DNA of 64,000 bases from Marsupella aquatica (taxonomy: Eukaryota > Plantae > Marchantiophyta), in assembly GCA_973895155.1 (NCBI GenBank), contig OZ316892.1, positions 10,024,283 through 10,088,282 on the forward strand, read 5' to 3'. Shown piece by piece: positions 1 through 13,100 of the stretch (position 1 is the stretch's first letter; every line of letters begins with the position of its first letter). The position numbers were made by a program, and so were the translations under genes. The notes under the pieces are model-generated. The model ran no database searches, was not told the DNA's origin, and was given only the letters and a program-made list of their open reading frames with translations.

Positions 1-3000
1 CGCTACTGACATGCGTTGTGAACTTCTTGGCTTAATAAGGGGGCTCCAAGGCTGAGCCCCGTTCTAACAGAGGATTTAGAATAGGCACTCCATAAATGGG
101 GACTTTATGGGTTGCGTGAAATTTTCAGAAGGTTATGTTATGCGAACAAATACTGAACTTTTCCTCTTCTTGGCATAGTATACAAAGCAGGCACTGATTA
201 ACACTATAATGGCAAGGACCAGAAATACAATGCCAGCAATGAGTCCAGCCGAGACCTTCCTTCTTGGATTTTGGCCAATATATTCCTGTTCATAAAGAAG
301 TGAAAGTGTTAGTGGTGCTCGTCAAAACTGGGCGACGACAGATGATCACATTGATATGCATATATCTATCTATCTATCTTTTCCCATCGTGCACTCCAAT
401 AGAGCATTCAATGATTCAGCTGCTAACACAAGCGTCAAAGATGAGGAAACGAATTTCCTATTGTACAAGAAGAAAGGAATCAATGTTCAACCTGTCCAGG
501 TGCGGGGTGCAAGCCTGGTCTGTCCAAAGGCTCCAAGTCCACGAATGTTGCATTCTCAATTCTCCCTTTCAGCTACAACAGAAGAAGAGGTTTAGAAAAA
601 CAACCAGCAAGATTTGCAATCACCGCTATCTCAACGGATCCAGAGATACTTTATGCGATCCATCCATAATCTCGGGGCATAAACGGACGATTTCAGTGCT
701 TCTGAAAAAGGAATTTAGTCAAACATAATAACTACCTCCCAAGAATGGTCTGTTAAAGATACGACGTCATAGACAGCAGGTTGAGCAGCTACACTTCGCG
801 ACCCAGTTTCCGGATCAAACTCCACCAATCCGGTGCAGCCATCAAAGCTGATCTTCTCGGTACCACTATAGTTGAAGGCCAAATACACATTTTCTCTTGA
901 AAACTCCATCCCTGCAGCTTCTAGACTATCCAGTACTTCATAGAAGGCGGTAACAGTATCGAACAAATATGGTACGTAGGATCTGGACTTGTTTGCCCCC
1001 AGAGCTGGAAGACCTGGGTATTTGTCTCCCATTTGTTGCCAGTAGGTGTAAAACTGGTTGCACTTAGAATTCGGTGATAAGTCACCACCTGAAAGGACGC
1101 ACAATAACAAATAGGTTGATTCAAAATTGAAAGGGATCATAGAATTAACATCTGGCAACTGTACAGGAAGTCGAGCAAGAGCAGCGAAAACAATCTGAGG
1201 CGCGAAATGACTAAAGGGGCCAGGGTCAATTTTACCATAAGGGGCCAAGCCGATCTCCCCTTGAAGAGCATTTAGCAGATTTGGTTCTGCAAGGGACAGG
1301 GATGGGACTTGGTTAACATGTTTCTAGATGCTTATGACGAAGCCTGACAGAAATGTAACAGAGCCTGGCCCATCTGCATTGTCGATATCCTTCCACTTCA
1401 CCTGATCTTGAGAGAATGGATTGCATGAGACATACTGAGTGAGGGCATACTGATGAGTTTAGAAAGAGAGAACTACAAGACAGTCGCTTCAGAACTTACC
1501 CACGTCGAGTGGGTCGAATACAGTTGCTCCATCGGTACCAAAATACCACCAGGGAAAATTTGTCTTGCCCTGCAGAAGATTCAAAAGTATTTAACAACGA
1601 TAAAATCCGCTCACCGTGGCAACGCATGGCATCATTCTCTACGAAACTCTCAGACCATGCATCCGAAATGCTCTAAAAATGAAGTGCATTCGTAAAATCT
1701 CAGGCTTAGAGTGTGTTAAGCGGGGTCACCATTTCATACGCAGCACTAAAAATCTCTTCGGCTGCAGTTGGTTGCACGACAAGAATAACGAAATCAGTCG
1801 GCTGTAGAGAGTTCAAAATAGTTCTGAGCTGGTCTCTGTCAACGGTCGAATTATTTGGGCCTTCTTCGAGGAGAATCATCCTTAGTCCCCTGCCAGTCTG
1901 CCAAAACTACCTTCGTAAGATAAAGTCGCACTGGGTGACGATTGATTGAACAGTGCATAAATTGCTTGCCCTTGTCTGACATGATAGCCCGTCGATAGTT
2001 CGGATATCTAGATTTACAGGTGCCGCGGAACTTTGAAACGAGGATAAGAATGCTTCGTGGCAATCTTACGTTCCAAATCATTTCGATGCTTATACCGGAA
2101 ACAATTTAGAATTACCGAATTCATGAAAAGTTCGAAAACTCTGTTATCGTTGCGGACTGAAGACAATTAATTAAATGTCGACACGTCGGGCAACAAACTT
2201 CATTGCGGACAGGAGTCCTGGATTCCCTTAAATTGCATGTACTCCTGGACTATATAGACCTGAAGTATCATCGTGCATTTAGATTTCTGCTCTTTTCACC
2301 TCAAAACAATCTACCTTGAAACAAGTCTTAGTGAAACCATGTATAGGAACGTGTCGAGCACATGGCAGGCATTGTCCACGAACAAAAGCCTTGATCGAAT
2401 CTACTCGGGATCAACACAGAAGTCCAGACTGTCCACACTTGCAAATACAAACCAGACCTTCAATTAAGAACCATTGCTCAGAGCAATCCTACGTCCTAGA
2501 GGGCGCTTACCTCGTTTATGTTTCCAGCTAAATTCGAGCTGTAAAAGTCTTTCGTGTATAGTAGAGTCGCATTGATTATGCCTAGTCTCTCAATCTGCAC
2601 AGATGAGAAAAGCGGATTTTACCTGAATTTGGATTCTTGCGATTGGAAATGTACAACACTGTCAGAGAAGAGGCTAAAGAAGTTCCATGATTTCGTCTTT
2701 TGAAGCATTGGACACAAAAGGTTTCGACATGAATTGTGACGATCTTTGTAAAATGGTCAAGTCACGCGTTTTCAGGTATCACTCGATAGAACGACGAAGT
2801 TATGATCAGACAAACCCGCCCTTAACCAGGAGAGACAGATTAGGTTACCAAAGGCACATACGAGCAATTGATACGCAGGTTCCTTCAATAGATTTGATTA
2901 TGATATTAGAATTGGTGCAGTACTGGCACGTCTCTTCTTCGACGAAAATAGACCAGGAAGCAGCGAATACCCAAGTGAGTGTAGCAGACATGATAACTGC

Positions 3001-4459
3001 GTCGGAGGACTCTATCGACCTGAGTGGGAGACGCAAGAGTAAGACAGAACAAGAGAATAAGATATAAAGAATACATACAGTGGCTGCCATCGCCAGAGCT
3101 TGATGTTTGTCACTGTATCTGCAATTTAGCCAACAGACACTACAGTTTGAGTGACTTTACTGGCCTCATTCGTTGAGAGAATTCCACTCTCATCCGCAAA
3201 TGGGAGAAATCTGATGAATCAATTTGGACAGACGTGGCGTGCAATATCAACAGTACGCTACCATTTCCAAGATTCAAGATCGTTGTATGTGATGATTGCA
3301 ATTTAGCTGCAATAAATCTGAATCGTTGCAGATTTGCAGAATACTAGATCGATGTCAACTGCAAATTGAACCGTAAGAAGCAGTATGTAAACATCATAGT
3401 AATCAATTGGCAGAGAGTAGAGATGGAGGAGATTGAGACTTTTCTTACACAGTACGGAAAAATGCTGGATAGTATCCCCTGTCCGACAAAGGTTCCGCAG
3501 TGGCTGCAAAAGATACTAGAGCGACACGCCCTGCTTGATCAAAGACATGAGCAGCAGCAATGGCGGCATGACTACAAGCTGGTCCAACAGCTCCAATCAA
3601 TCTATCTTGTTGCAACATTAGCTGGGCTCCAGTCAGTGTTGGCATGTAACTGCACTCGCTATCCTCTACATGCGGTACAAGGGTGTAGGAGCGGTTCATG
3701 TTCAGCACATCGACAGCCACATGGAATGCAGATTGCCTGCAACGTCATGAAGACATCAAGTTAGAGACGATCGAGGCTATCTGCAGGGCTATAGCACCTC
3801 CAGCTCAATGAAAATTTGATCCATTTGAGACTTGCAAACTTTCAACACTACCTTCCCATTTTCAAACTCAGGTGGAATGGTGTCTCAATCAAAGCGCTTT
3901 CACTGAAATCAAGTATGATGATCTTCGATGATGTACGAGAATGATGCTCTTAAAGATTCGCAGTGTCCTGAGTGCTATTGGATCCAATTTCTCACAAGAA
4001 TCGTAGCACTTTTCACTAGCAAAAGGAAGGTCGCCTGAGTACGAGCTTTCCCGGACCACCAGAAACGAAGTTTTCCCAGAATTTTCGAGATCCCCCCTGC
4101 TGTATGCATTTTTAACAATTTCTAGTTGTACATGGTAGACCAGTCTGTCGAAGAATTCAAGACTCACTGAAATCCCGATTGAACTTCTGGGGCATCATAC
4201 TCTCACATTGGCAAAAAGTAGCACGAGATTTCTGACGAGAAAACACGTACCATTCTAACGCTAGATTTTCTGGAATGCTGATACCAGCTGTGGGGGCTAG
4301 AAACCCCAGCAGGTAGGTTCCATTATCCAAAGCCTCCGTCTCGGTCGGAAATTGAAGTACTTGCCATGAGAGCAGAAGGCAGAGCTGGAAGCACAGCCGT
4401 AGTTTGAATGTGTCCCGAAAACAGCAAGGTTGTCCGCCAGAAGGAAATAACGATTGCAT
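1..4459 (-). CDS. Single-pass membrane receptor with N-terminal Venus-flytrap (PBP1 / ANF_receptor-like) ectodomain; 3' end outside the window
   Basis: Manually spliced exons (minus strand): 4459-4251, 3736-3449, 3118-3079, 2594-2511, 1897-1730, 1569-1500, 1286-1236, 1088-736, 572-492, 285-154, 63-1. All introns are GT..AG, phases are consistent, and the 513 codons contain no stop. The protein has a hydrophobic signal (LCFQLCLLLSWQVL) and PBP1 motifs TYLLGFLAP, IGAVGPACS, LVSFAATAEPLSDRGYYPAFFRTVYSD, LLYTKDFY, WWYFGTDG, YLFDTV and FDGCTGLVEFD. These are followed by a TM helix AGLIAGIVFLVLAIIVLISACFVYYA and a basic stop-transfer KKRK. Confidence 0.88.
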
Positions 4460-6389
4460 TGGTTTCTGCGGAGTTTAGGGATGAAAGCGGCGTGGGAAAC
4501 ACTCAGCGGGATTCAGAAATTGGCTGGAAAAGGGCAGCTGAGATAAGACTTGTCGAGGGTGTCAAGTTGGCACAACGCAATCTGCAGGTTCGATGGAACG
4601 GATTCTGCGTCCCTTAGTACTCGCCACCTTGGGAATGAGCTGCAGAGAGAAAAGAGTGACCGTGCAAAAGAGACATTGCCCGAGAAGTGCGGACACTAAG
4701 ATTGGACGGGCAAGTCGCCTTGTCGAAAAATGAACTGAATTTGGTCCCCGCAGGAAATCGTGCAGCAGAAGTTGATCAATGGCGCACGTTAAAGGTGTAC
4801 CTTATGATTCACTGTCAAAACTGTCTGGATAGGAAAAATACTTCAGTAGCCCTTCAAACTGAACCCCGACCCGTGCTAAAACCAAAATTTGTAGAGCCCG
4901 CGGTACTGCACTAAATCTAGTTCTCTGCTGTGCGGGAGGACGTCAAGGTGATGAGGTAAGTGCCCACGGACCGCGTGTGCACAGCAGAACACTAACTTCT
5001 TAGTCAAGACGGAGGCAACCAGGGAGGAAGGGAAGGTGGGAGCGCGGCAATTCTTCTTAGACGGCTCTTATATCAGCTGAGGAGCAAATGAGTGGAAGTT
5101 AATACTGGTAGAATCTTCGGCTCAAGCCAGAGAAGCAGGGAGGTACTTGTCGGCACACAATCCAACCGGAGCTCAACCACGAGAGCACCGGTAGCAGCTT
5201 AACACAATGTACGTAGGTGCATTTACGGACCCTCGTTGAAGAGACTGACCCTCTAGAGCAAACAAAAGTCAGGGTCCCCTCCTCCTAGCTCCTTAGAATG
5301 CAGCCTGTTTTCCAGCTCGACAGACGCTGCACATCCTCAATGGTAGATTCAGAAAAATCTATTTCGAATCCCTGGCGAAGCACTGGAATAGTGATGGACA
5401 TACAAGTTGTCCGATGCTCCTCCTTCTCGTCAGCTACAGCTTCGCTCGATATGTGGTTGCCGATCCCAAATTCCGACAGGAAGAAAGCACTCGGAATGGT
5501 TAGGTTCTGCAGCAAACCTGACTGCTCGTCGATGTCAGTCCTGAAACAAGTTGAATAAGGTGTTCAGGCATGTTCTGTTTCAAATGTTGCTCGATCCCCC
5601 CCAGAACAATGTTCCTCACTGTGAAGTTCCTGGAGCAACGACGCCCGTAGGACCCGGTTATGACGGCTCAACTGTCCGAGTGTTCAACATGTAAACGGGA
5701 CAACATTTAACAGCAAGGCCGCGAGCTACGGGCCGTTATCGGAGCTCGCCCAGCTCGATGGTTGCAGTCTTGATTGATGGCAATGCAAAGCAGAGCAGCT
5801 CAGCAACAATCTTCGAAATTGCCCCGCGCAGCGCGAGAGTGAAGTACCAACCAAAATGTAATCCAAAAATAATATGTCGTGCAGCTAATAATGAGAGCCG
5901 CAAAGCTCGGCTCGAGATGACAAACGATCTAGAAGCACAGTAAGTAACCGAAACGAATGCCCCTGGCCCGCACGCCAGTAAGTAATCAGTCCACTGAGAA
6001 TGAAAAATAATACGAGGTGTAATCCCAGGCCAGCAGAAAATGATGAAATGGCCTGTCACTTGTCGCTTCTTCCGTGCTGCTGCTGCCGCACCAAATAAAT
6101 CCAAACCCAACAGATGAACCGACTCACCACAACACAACAGCAAGTTCGTGGGAACCCGTGAACCCGACGCACGCCGAGTCGCCAACTCTCCTGGCCTCCG
6201 CGCCAACGCTACTCTACAGTGCTGCAATGACTGAGCAAAGCTAGTAAATCTCTAGAGATCGCCTGATCGATTGATTCACTTCCCGTCCATCGTCCAAACT
6301 CTTGGCCAGCGAGTGGGAGTCGCAACGTGACCCTGAGAAGTGCAATCCACACAATCAAAACTTCACAGAACTACTAATTTCCGTGGCAT

Positions 6390-6577
6390 TTTCCAAACTC
6401 GTGCCGAGGGGAAGAAGAAGCGAGAGTCGTCGTCACGGCTGAATCGATGTCAATCCCAAAACCATTCCACACTCATGCAGGACTGATTTTCAAACTCGCG
6501 CCGAGGGGAAGAAGACGCGAGTCGCCGTCAGGGCTGAATCGATGTCAATCCCAAACCCAAGTGCACACTCATGCAGA
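6390..6577. repeat. Tandem duplication of a ~95-bp block upstream of the receptor gene
   Basis: AAACTCG(T/C)GCCGAGGGGAAGAAG...GGCTGAATCGATGTCAATCCCAAA...CACACTCATGCAG occurs twice (~6395 and ~6493). Confidence 0.85.
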
Positions 6578-6644
6578 GCTGATGCAAGCGAGGAACTCTG
6601 CACGTGCGATCAAGCAGGCGAGCAGAGGTAGGCAAACAGACCCA

Positions 6645-6685
6645 GAGAGAAAGAGAGAGAACAGACACAGAGAGAGAGAGAGAGA
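6645..6685. repeat. (GA)n-rich tract, probably 5'UTR/promoter region of the receptor gene (CT-rich on the minus strand)
   Basis: AGAGAG run is visible; the promoter role is inferred from position only. Confidence 0.6.
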
Positions 6686-7860
6686 ATTGAGAAGTGCGAT
6701 GCAAAACTCATCAGTGAATGACGGAATGAATGAATCAATGCATCAGTGTGCATTCACGATCGTAACGAGATTCAAAGGAGAAGGAGAGGCAGGAGGGGTA
6801 CTTGAGTTATAGAGCGTGGGGGATGGAGGGGGGGAGCAACCGAAGAAGGCGGGGCCGCCGGGCGGGAGTAAACGAGGAGTACTGCTGCTGTTCTGCTGCT
6901 CTGCTGCTCGGCTTCCACCTTTACAACAGCACTACAGCAGATCGAGTTTAATTGAAGCACGTAAGGGGTGGTCTACCGTGGTCTGGGTTTAACCACAGTT
7001 GCCCCTTCAAGAGCTTCGGGTTACCTGTAATTTCAATGCAAATTTCACTAGAAAAAAAAAAAAATTCCGCAAATTGAGCCCTTCAAGAGCTTCATGACTT
7101 GTCCTCGTGAGCTTCACTAGGCCGTTTCTTGACATTGCTACATTGGCACATCTCTCTTTCCTCCTGTTATGGTAAAACTCTATTTCAGTCTCCTGAGCCC
7201 ATGTTTCTTTGGTTATTATTTCCATTGTAATTTCAGCCTATGAGGGCTGTCTTCTTTGTTATTCCAACCAGTTTTAGTTGAACTGAGCCCCCCATACATC
7301 TTTCGTCGTTATACCAGCATTCATATATTAAGTTGAAGCCCCCATATTGGTTCACTCTGCCATTCCCTTTCAGAATGCTTTTCTCACTTTAAATAGTAGA
7401 ACATAAATGGTAGTTTGGAACAGAACGACAGCTGTTGGGTAGTCAAGTCTCTCATGAAGGTACGGTGGACTCCAAATGGAGGAGAACCTTGTTGCTGCAG
7501 TGGCTCTATGCACTTCAAGGAAGACTCATTTTATGGGGCTAGGATTTCAAATTGGATGCCCTTGTTCCTTTTTGTACGAGGGAAACCGACGACAGACAAC
7601 AGACAGCAAATGATATCTTTGCTTTCCAGGATGCATTGGCCTTCGAAGAATGGTGCAAGGAGGGGAGTCGGGACCTAGTACCCCGCCTAGTACTTGAGAA
7701 GTGTAATGTCTTTGTTACTAAGGGGGCAGGATGGCAGGGATGGAGCTGGCACCTACTCACTCGCAATGATAGGCGCTTCTATCTATCCAGCTCCTCAGCG
7801 GACAATAAAAAATCTGTTTAGGTCCTGTGCTGGTTGAGTTGCTCACTCTGGTTGACCTTC

Positions 7861-9273
7861 GAGATATATACTTAGTGGACCTCCAAATGCAACTTTTTCT
7901 CTTAATGGACCAAAAGTTGCACACGCCCTCCCACTGGACCCCAATGTTTAGATTCTCTCCCAATGGACCCCGGGCCCACTCCGTACAAGCATGTTCTTAT
8001 GAAACACCTTGCCACATAGTTCAGGTCCACTACATACCCTGTGGACACCATGGTTGGTCCTGTGTAGTAGGCCATCGATAACGTCGCAGTCCACAAGCAT
8101 CGTAGCCCTGGTCGCAATCGAGCGCGGCAACATGATAGCTTCCTAGTTTTTGTGAATACAATATAGCATTGTATTCAAACTACAATAGTCGCAAACTAGA
8201 ACAATCGGAAGAATACAACATGGTCAATGTATTTACTCTACGCATGCAATGACATGTCGCGATTCTAGGTTGCGTCTGCTTTGCTTCTTGGTTGCGTCTG
8301 CTTTGGATACACAGTGGACACTGTATTCAAAGATTGCACCTAAACAAAGTTAGGATTCCCCTGCCTTACATTAGTTAGGATTCCCCTGCCTTACATACAG
8401 GCAATAAGGCTTGCTATAATCAACAAAACCAAAACCTGTTCAACATAGAACGATAAATGTGTGTCTTGCATACAATATGCATGTTGTATGCACATTTCCC
8501 CGGACTTTACGACGAAGACACCCCCTTGTCGAAGCCTTCCCAAATGGACAAAACTTATCATATTACAACACAAAAATATGATTTGTCATGTATACACTTT
8601 GCACGTTGTATTCAGATTTTCACACTTAGGAAAAAATTTGTCCCTCCGACTTTACGAAGATGCCCCCCCCTTCCCCGCCGAAGCCTGCTCAAATGGGCAA
8701 AACCTATTGTATTTTAACATAGAAATATGATTTGTCATGTATACACTTTGCACGCTGTATTTAGATTTCACACTTAGACAAAAACTTTGTCACTCTGACT
8801 TTACGAAGACACCCCCCTCCGAAGCCTGTCCAAATGGACAAAACCTATTGTATTACAACACAGAGATATGACTTGTCATGTATACACTTTGCAAGTTGTA
8901 TTCGGATTTCACACTTAGAAAAAAAAATGTCCCTCCAACTTTACGAAAACGCCCCCCCCCCCCCGCGCCAAAGTGACGGTTCATGTTTGTATGCACTGTG
9001 GTCAATGTATACATTGTGGGATACATTGATTCACTCGGAACTGCAATCGTAGTCGACCGCGTTTGGCGATGCGGTCGGACACCGAAGAACAGTAGAACAT
9101 GCTGCATTTTACAGTGACAATCTCGCGTTATAAGAACTGCACAATGTGTTAGAAGAACATCTCACACGAAATGGCACCTCTGGTGGGCCCGGAGGTCCAT
9201 TGGGAGGGCATGTGCAACTTTTGGTCCATTAGGAAAACAAGTTGCATTTGGAGGTCCACTAAGTATATCTTTC
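7861..9273. mobile_element. Non-autonomous Mutator-like element (MULE)
   Basis: ~70-bp TIRs beginning with G (GAGATATATACTTAGTGGACCTCCAAATGCAAC... / ...GTTGCATTTGGAGGTCCACTAAGTATATCTTTC). Perfect 10-bp TSD GTTGACCTTC at 7851-7860 and 9274-9283. Confidence 0.9.
8503..8962. repeat. ~145-150-bp tandem repeat (3 copies + partial) inside the MULE
   Basis: Units start (G/A)ACTTTACGA at 8503, 8648, 8797 and 8937; shared TTGTCATGTATACACTTTGCA core. Confidence 0.9.
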
Positions 9274-9569
9274 GTTGACCTTCACTCTCTGGCCTTTGCT
9301 CCTCCCAACAATTTTAACCCATCCCCCCTTCTCTCGAAGCAAGGTGGTCTCATCTTACTCACAAACTGGCCCCAACTGGAGCCCTTGTTTCTGCAGGGTC
9401 TCTATGCACTCTAAACAAGACTCCTCTCACGGCTAAGTGATCCTTTCTGCAGTGTCTATGCGCTCTGAAAAAAAACTCCTTTACTGGGGATAGGTGACCC
9501 TTTTTGCAGTCTATGCAATCTATAACCCTGTTCTAAAAACAGGGTAGTCTCCCTTGCCCCAAAGACACT

Positions 9570-10040
9570 ATTCTAATTTCAATCATTGAACGTCTTGTCG
9601 TGGTCTCTTGTTTCCTATATTGGGGGCTGGCTAGGGGTTGTTGCAATGTCCATGCACTGACTCTCTAAGCGAAACTTGTTCTATCTTCAATGATTGAAAT
9701 TTTTGTTTATGATATCGTGTTTCCTATCTTGGGGCATGACTACTGTAGGCGTTGTTGCAGTGCTATGCACTCTAGCCAAAATTTGTTCTATTTTCAATCA
9801 TTGAACTTCTTTTCAACATCTCTTTTTCCCCTGTATTTGGGGAATGGCTAGATGGTGTTGCAGTAGACACAAAACTTGATCTTGCTTCAATCATTGCACT
9901 TGTTTTCATGGTCTTTTATTTCCTCTTGTAACTTGGGGAATGACTTGGAGTTGTTGCACTGACTTGTGCACTCTAAACGAGGCTCGTTCTATCTTCAATC
10001 ATTGAAATATCTGTTCATGGTATCTTTTTCCTTATATTGG
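9570..10040. repeat. Degenerate ~100-bp tandem repeat (about 5 units)
   Basis: TCAAT(C/G)ATTG recurs at ~9579, 9687, 9794, 9886 and 9995, with TTGGGG..TTGCA motifs between. Confidence 0.7.
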
Positions 10041-10199
10041 GGACTTATTACTCGGTGCAAGGCCTAAGGTATTTTGCTATCTTTCCATTGAAATTAGATT
10101 TGTTCAAACACAGATCCCCATCCTGGGCGTCCAAGCCAACACTGGTTAATGTGAGCTGGCAAGAATGCTCCAAAATCGTTTTTCACGTCCAGTTTGAGG

Positions 10200-13100
10200 T
10201 TTGTATGCTGTTGCCTTTTGGAAGTCAAAACTTAGAAGATGTTAGTCCAGGCTTATCTTGAATACACCCGGATGACATGGATTGTTTGTAAAAGAACTTT
10301 CAGTTCCTAGACCTAGTAGCCCAATGTCCGTGCATTACACAGTATTGTCAATAGTAAGTGATTTGAGGATGAATAACAGCCAGGTAAGAAGGGCCCTGAG
10401 GCAATAACCTGACAACTGGATTTCAAGAAGTGTGTGAGGTATAGAGAGAATGACGGGTTGGGCGTGGAAAGGTGTGCAGTGGAAATTTTAGGGTCCATCC
10501 CATGGTTTGAAAATGTCACCATAATCAAACATGCAGGGAGGGTTCCCACCAGACTCATGTTTCACAAAGAGACCATGAGTCATAAATAAAGAGTAGCATA
10601 GCTGCAAACTATAGTTTTTAGATAACTCTGGGATCCAAGCTTTGGAAAATGCTGTTCTCATGGACAAGCCCATGAACCATGCAACCCCAATAGAGAGTAA
10701 TATGTTTTACACCTTCACTAACTGACACACTTCTTGTTTGTGAACACTTTCAGCAACAAAGTTTGACCTTAGTACCTCCGGTCATATCCAATAGAATTGG
10801 CTTTCCTGCACTCTTTAGAAGTGTTTGGACAGATCTTTCTAACTAGTCCAACATACATAGTTTCACTCCGGATCACGAGAGTGTTATGAATTTCTAAAGA
10901 TTACTCCATGATTCAATGTCCGGGTATCATCAAATCTGATTGAGATTAACAAAACTACAAATCCAAACATGACTCATTTTTGCTACATACCCATTGTGTA
11001 ACATGTACTATATGAGCAGAAAAGGTTTCTCTGTGGTTCATCCAGGTTACAGCAGTCTATCCAGGCAAACATCATGGTCCATCCAGGCTTCAATTTCAAG
11101 CTTACGACTCATTTATAATCACTTGTCTTTTCGTATGTTTGTCGTGTATTGACATTTACGACGAGGAATATCAGCTTGGGAGCGAGGCAGAGGGGGGACC
11201 AGGACAGCAGAATGATGCTGGACAGCCGGCAGGGCACATGCTCGGGTCAGGACCGTCAGGAGACCGGTGGTAGCCAGTGCAAGGTCGCTCTGGGCAACGT
11301 CCTGTTCATTCCTCTGCGTGCGTATCAAAGGACGTGGAAGATCTTCCCCGTCTCCGGTCACCTCTGCCGTCCTTCCTGCCCATGGCCCTCCCCGGCTCCC
11401 CCCGGCCCATGCTGACCAAGGACAGTACTGTTCCAACTCGTTGCTGGCTCCACCGGACCAGACCCGTACGCAAGAAGCAGGGGAGGCGCAGTACTGTACA
11501 GTACCGTAGTAGTTCTGTAGGCTGTAGCATACGGACGTGGCAGCTTTCCAGGAAAGGAGGAGCACCTAGTCTTCCGGAACTGACCCTACTCTACTCTACT
11601 ACTGTAGTAGTCTGATCAGACCTGTGGTTTCATTTCGCATCGTCCACCGCGTCGTTGCATAGAATTCCGGAAAGGCTGCACTGATGCCCTCAGTTACTCA
11701 GTAAGTTCCCTGCCTCAGGCATTAGTCCAGGACTCCAGGGAGCCCACGAGCTGGCCTTTATTGTGCTACGCGACAGTAGACAGTCATGTTTATTGAGCCG
11801 TCTTTGGTCCTTCAGAGCCGTCTTTCTCTCTAGCCATAATTTTATTTTTCCTCGGGGAAAGGCCCAGGGGCCAGCAACTTTCTCTCTAGCCATTTTTGAG
11901 TCGATTTAATTAACGAAAATATGTCCTGGACACGAAGATCTTTCTTTTCTTTTCTTTTTTAGTTTTAATCTCTAACGAAAACTTGAGTGACCAGTACTTT
12001 ACAAGAGTTGGGGGCACTTGGGAGGTTTTCCACCAAAGCAAACTGGAAGCTCATTCATTACATATAGAGTACCGTGGCTAAGTACATTTTTTAAATTCTT
12101 TTGTTGTCCCCAAGGTCTTGTAAAGCCAATTGTAACCGGCTGAGCTAGATTAATTTGCTAAAATTAAGATCGAGTACCCACTCCACCTGAATGTGATCTA
12201 TTCTTTGGCTAATGTCTTTTCAGATGTGATAAGAGAAGAACTTATAAAGGACTTTTGGGTTCTTTTTTTTGTAATGCAAATGACTTAAAATATGAATGGA
12301 CCAAGAGACCAGAAGAAGAGACCTCCAATAGAGGTGGTCTATAATCTAGGACAAAAAAGTACTCCACATAAGCAAAATTGGATCTCACTCCATTCCATGT
12401 AGGATTTGTAACAGGTTTGGTTGAAAATACCAGGGAGACCAACTGAAAGACCAAACAGCCTGAGAGTCCCAATGAGAGCTCACCATAAACTTAAACAAAA
12501 GCCTAACTCTACTGAGGGGACAACTGAAATACCACTTACAATCCAAAGTAAACCACATGGGAGGGTCAATAAGAGGAATTTGACTACTTACACTCTCTAC
12601 TGAATTGAGTATAACAGCCTAGGGTTTTTCTTGTGAGAGACAGTTGGTGTTAGTTGTTCAAAAAGAAATCCTAGATGACTAAACATTCTAAAACGCTATT
12701 GAGGGACAAGCTACTTGAATGGATGAACCATTGCCACCCAGATGTAATGTATGCAAAACTGTGGTTTGAACTCAAATGGTGCTTCTCATTTCTGTAAATT
12801 TTATCACACTTTATCCATTTTGGCTGTGTGTGGGAAACCAATTTAGGGCTGCACAACCTGACCAAATACTAGGGCAAGGAAACTTTGATTGGTTTTTGGC
12901 TTCTTGGAATAGACTAGTCAATGCTATGAAATTCTAAGAGAAAAAAAATCCATTTCAAGGCAAAAAGCTTTAAATTTGTGTAAGATTCAAGATCCTTGGT
13001 TTTTAAGGGAATCAAAACAGAGGGAAACCAAGCCCCCAAACGCAAAGTAACCCCATGCACTAGCCTCAGCTTTTTGAGCCAGGGGAAACTAGATGTTATT

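Noticed and set aside
264-728. 154-aa plus-strand ORF and other ORFs antisense to the receptor gene
   Set aside because: They overlap minus-strand exons and introns and contain no recognisable motifs.
2845-3019. Possible extra exon of the receptor gene (CAG..GTAA bounded)
   Set aside because: It has a stop in the required phase, and exons 3118-3079 and 2594-2511 join cleanly without it.
1-4459. Glutamate receptor-like (GLR) channel call
   Set aside because: The PBP1 domain is followed directly by one TM helix and a basic stop-transfer; no S1/PBP2 segment is present.
7003-7093. 15-bp direct repeat CCCTTCAAGAGCTTC around an A13 tract (possible retro-insertion)
   Set aside because: The A-run does not abut the second repeat, and it is too short to classify.
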